Origin: Myxococcales bacterium
Lineage (GTDB): Bacteria; Myxococcota_A; UBA9042; UBA3505
Direction: 5' to 3'
Assembly: GCA_002728755.1 (NCBI GenBank)
Contig: PBVT01000123.1
Location: forward strand, 538-64,537
Length of the DNA: 64,000 bases
The notes below the pieces were generated by a model. The model did not search any database and was not told the DNA's origin. It saw only the letters and a list, made by a program, of their open reading frames with translations. Each line of letters starts with the position of its first letter. The stretch's first letter is position 1. Position numbers and translations under genes: made by a program. Positions 62,901 to 64,000 of this stretch are shown piece after piece.

Positions 62901-63412
62901 TAAGCGAGACCATCGCTGAAATCCGGGGAATCGACACACCGCGACAACGGTTTGATACCGAGGTCCAGATCGACGTCGCCGCCTTCATCCCAGACGATTA
63001 TCTGCCGGACTCTCATGAACGTTTAAGTCTGTACCGACGCATTGGTGCCGTAACAGAAAATGATCAGCTATACGCCCTGGCAGAGGAGATTACCGACCGA
63101 TATGGCCGACTACCCGACGAGGCGCAAAACTTGATTCGACTCCATAAAATCCGAGTACTGGCTGCCCAATGTGGGCTTTCACGGGTCATCATGCGAAAGC
63201 GACGGATGCGCTTGGGCTTAGCCGCCTCCAATAATTCCCGCCTCGATCCCGCTCGTATCACGGCCTTCGTGACGCGGGAGGGGAGCACCTGGAAATTGAC
63301 CCCGGATATGGCCCTGGAACGCTCCATAACTGAACCGCAGTCGGCGCATCCGTTTGAAACGGCGGAGCAGTTCATACGTGATTTCAACAACTTCGTGCAG
63401 AGTCCCGCGTAG
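59897..63412 (+). CDS. mfd: Transcription-repair coupling factor
   Basis: 1171 aa. The RNAP-interaction/TRG region, GDVGYGKTEVALRAAF (helicase motif I), DEEHRFGV and the C-terminal D7. ATGA overlap with the upstream M16 gene. Confidence 0.95.
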   Translation: MTPEGQRQGFPALEGFLDRRDRRTVVAHVPELILPLFAGVLVRTSERLTWVVTGTMEEAKELTASLTTGRATPTPMIPDACWLPPLAWNPYQEFGDHDVRVIRHLATLYRLYNDPPRIVVTDAATLATRTLPRRLFEDLTVTISIGDVVDRDDFAKSLIQAGYRRAELVIEPGQFAVRGGIVDVFPPHQARPGRVDLFGDEVERITGFNPSTQRSRGRLDRLHCPPASAFVFPRAQVEEVEERVRDLAEQCEVPSLRLAAHIEDVRTGNLGWSALGFLPAVHEEFGPVSDLVDSTVRVLLDDPVRLQKIENENRERWTTDYESAVAAHHPASPPERFLSNTTLEEWLGTRNDSITVASTATEEEANWLIDIEGITDLRLLLQSRSDAEHPFRPVANRLRSWVDEGFTVHVLANSAAQLRRIEKLISSYEQSVSRGQTSQFAEHEAGIYLWKGSIPRGFRCPALGIAFVDESDLFGARTHHRSAQHTPPEDLIRSFRELNPGDFIVHRDHGIGRFVALERLQAGGVDTDFLRLEYADKATLFLPVTRIGLLQRYVCSGRDDYVPPLHKLGGTRWKTSRKKAREAAEKLASELLALYAKRTTAKGFAFTPPDQLYAQFEANFPFRETPDQERAIAEVLDDMQKSQPMDRVVCGDVGYGKTEVALRAAFKAIEDNKQVVVLVPTTILAEQHYLTMKERLHGFGIRVEQLSRFVSAAQQRTVLADARAGRVDLVVGTHRLLQDDVQFADLGLLVIDEEHRFGVRHKEKLKKWRASVDVLSLSATPIPRTLNMAMLGIRDLSTITTAPVGRQAITTHVASFRSPAIAEGIQAELDRGGQVYYVTNRIQGIGKIQDDLHALFEDLVIEVAHGQMPARKLENVMRRFIHGEIDILVTTTIVESGIDVPNANTMFIHHAERFGLAQLYQLRGRIGRSHRKAFCTFLVPDQDYLTDESRRRIGVLQRMSSLGSGLRLALEDMEIRGAGNLLGREQHGTIDAIGYDAFMDLLSETIAEIRGIDTPRQRFDTEVQIDVAAFIPDDYLPDSHERLSLYRRIGAVTENDQLYALAEEITDRYGRLPDEAQNLIRLHKIRVLAAQCGLSRVIMRKRRMRLGLAASNNSRLDPARITAFVTREGSTWKLTPDMALERSITEPQSAHPFETAEQFIRDFNNFVQSPA

Positions 63413-63430
63413 TTGTGTTAGAGGAGACCC

Positions 63431-64000
63431 ATGTATTCATCGTATTCAAGGTATTCTCTCTGCGCCGTTCTGGTGCTCAGCCTTCTGGTTCTGCTTGGTT
63501 GCAAGCCCGAACGGCCAAAGATCCCGGCCAACGAACGAGGCCAGATGACCCGTTCTCAGCCAACAAAAGATCAGAACACTGCCCGTAAGCGGCAGATTCT
63601 ACAGCCCCTTGTGCTTCCCAAAGAAGCACGCGGTATCGTCCTGGCCAAGGGAGAGAACCTTACGATCACCGCCGGTGATTTTGTAGACGCTCTCTTAGAT
63701 CAGCCCCTCTCCCTCCGGGTCCGCTACCAGAACCCCGATCGTTGGAAAGAATTTCTGATGGATATGATCGCGTTCGAGCTGATGGGCCGAAATGCCACGG
63801 AGATGGGACTAAACCGCGATGAAGCCCTACTTCATAGCTATAAAAAGACGGTCTTTGATCAGCATCTGCGCGTTCTGTCGGAACGAGCGGTAAGCCCTTC
63901 GGATATACTCGACGCAGAGATTGATCGGGCTTACGAGGAGCGACCTTCCATTACCGTGGAGCCCGCATCTGCCAAGGTCTATGTCTACGAAAGTCGCGAT
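63431..64000 (+). CDS. SurA/PpiC-type peptidyl-prolyl isomerase-like chaperone, N-terminal part; the gene continues beyond the window. It is not in the supplied ORF track.
   Basis: GAGGAG lies 5-10 nt before the ATG at 63431. Lipobox MYSSYSRYSLCAVLVLSLLVLLGC. The frame is open to the window end, with a SurA_N-like chaperone region (LSLRVRYQNPDRWKEFLMDMIAFELMG). Confidence 0.7.
   Translation, partial: MYSSYSRYSLCAVLVLSLLVLLGCKPERPKIPANERGQMTRSQPTKDQNTARKRQILQPLVLPKEARGIVLAKGENLTITAGDFVDALLDQPLSLRVRYQNPDRWKEFLMDMIAFELMGRNATEMGLNRDEALLHSYKKTVFDQHLRVLSERAVSPSDILDAEIDRAYEERPSITVEPASAKVYVYESRD

Overview
This 64-kb window is GC-rich (about 60%) and densely packed with genes, about 50 protein-coding genes on both strands. 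The gene content points to a bacterium with an outer membrane: outer-membrane proteins, a LolA-like protein, a SurA-like PPIase, RseP, Mfd and FtsK are all present. The phylum cannot be assigned from sequence alone, although many sigma-54 activators and a pseudokinase fit a deltaproteobacterium-like or myxobacterium-like organism. Most genes are housekeeping: map, hisC, ggt, asd, tldD/pmbA, pyrG, tsaB, rseP, yacG, lipB, tsaD, rsmA, ftsK, gpsA, ugd, uvrD, mfd and a tRNA-Leu. Many are joined by 4-nt ATGA/GTGA start/stop overlaps, which suggests operons. No CRISPR array, integrase, transposase or prophage was seen. The supplied ORF track omits ORFs that run off the window edges: a 512-codon minus-strand gene at 1..1538 and a SurA-like PPIase gene at 63431..64000. 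It also reports the longest upstream extension of several genes; those starts were corrected here.

The best candidates for undescribed biology are:
1. A minus-strand cluster at 23368..27418: a MoxR-like AAA+ ATPase, a 666-aa protein whose N-terminus resembles the TraB/GumN (Tiki) domain, a Cys-rich lipoprotein and a helical-repeat protein.
2. An operon at 3978..9055 carrying a 930-aa protein that fuses a large periplasmic beta-rich region to a GT51 peptidoglycan transglycosylase domain, flanked by an M19 dipeptidase and an ATP-grasp ligase.
3. A lipoprotein with six HGDPTPAD repeats, translationally coupled to a 1113-aa sigma-54 activator.
4. A membrane pseudokinase with a perfect (Pro-Glu)x27 spacer.
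5. Two tandem 283-aa paralogues of unknown family at 45989..47688.
6. A tRNA-Leu whose anticodon reads AAG (A34), followed by a terminator whose hairpin also encodes a lipoprotein signal peptide that lacks a canonical start codon.

All functional calls rest on motif recognition by eye. None was checked against a database.
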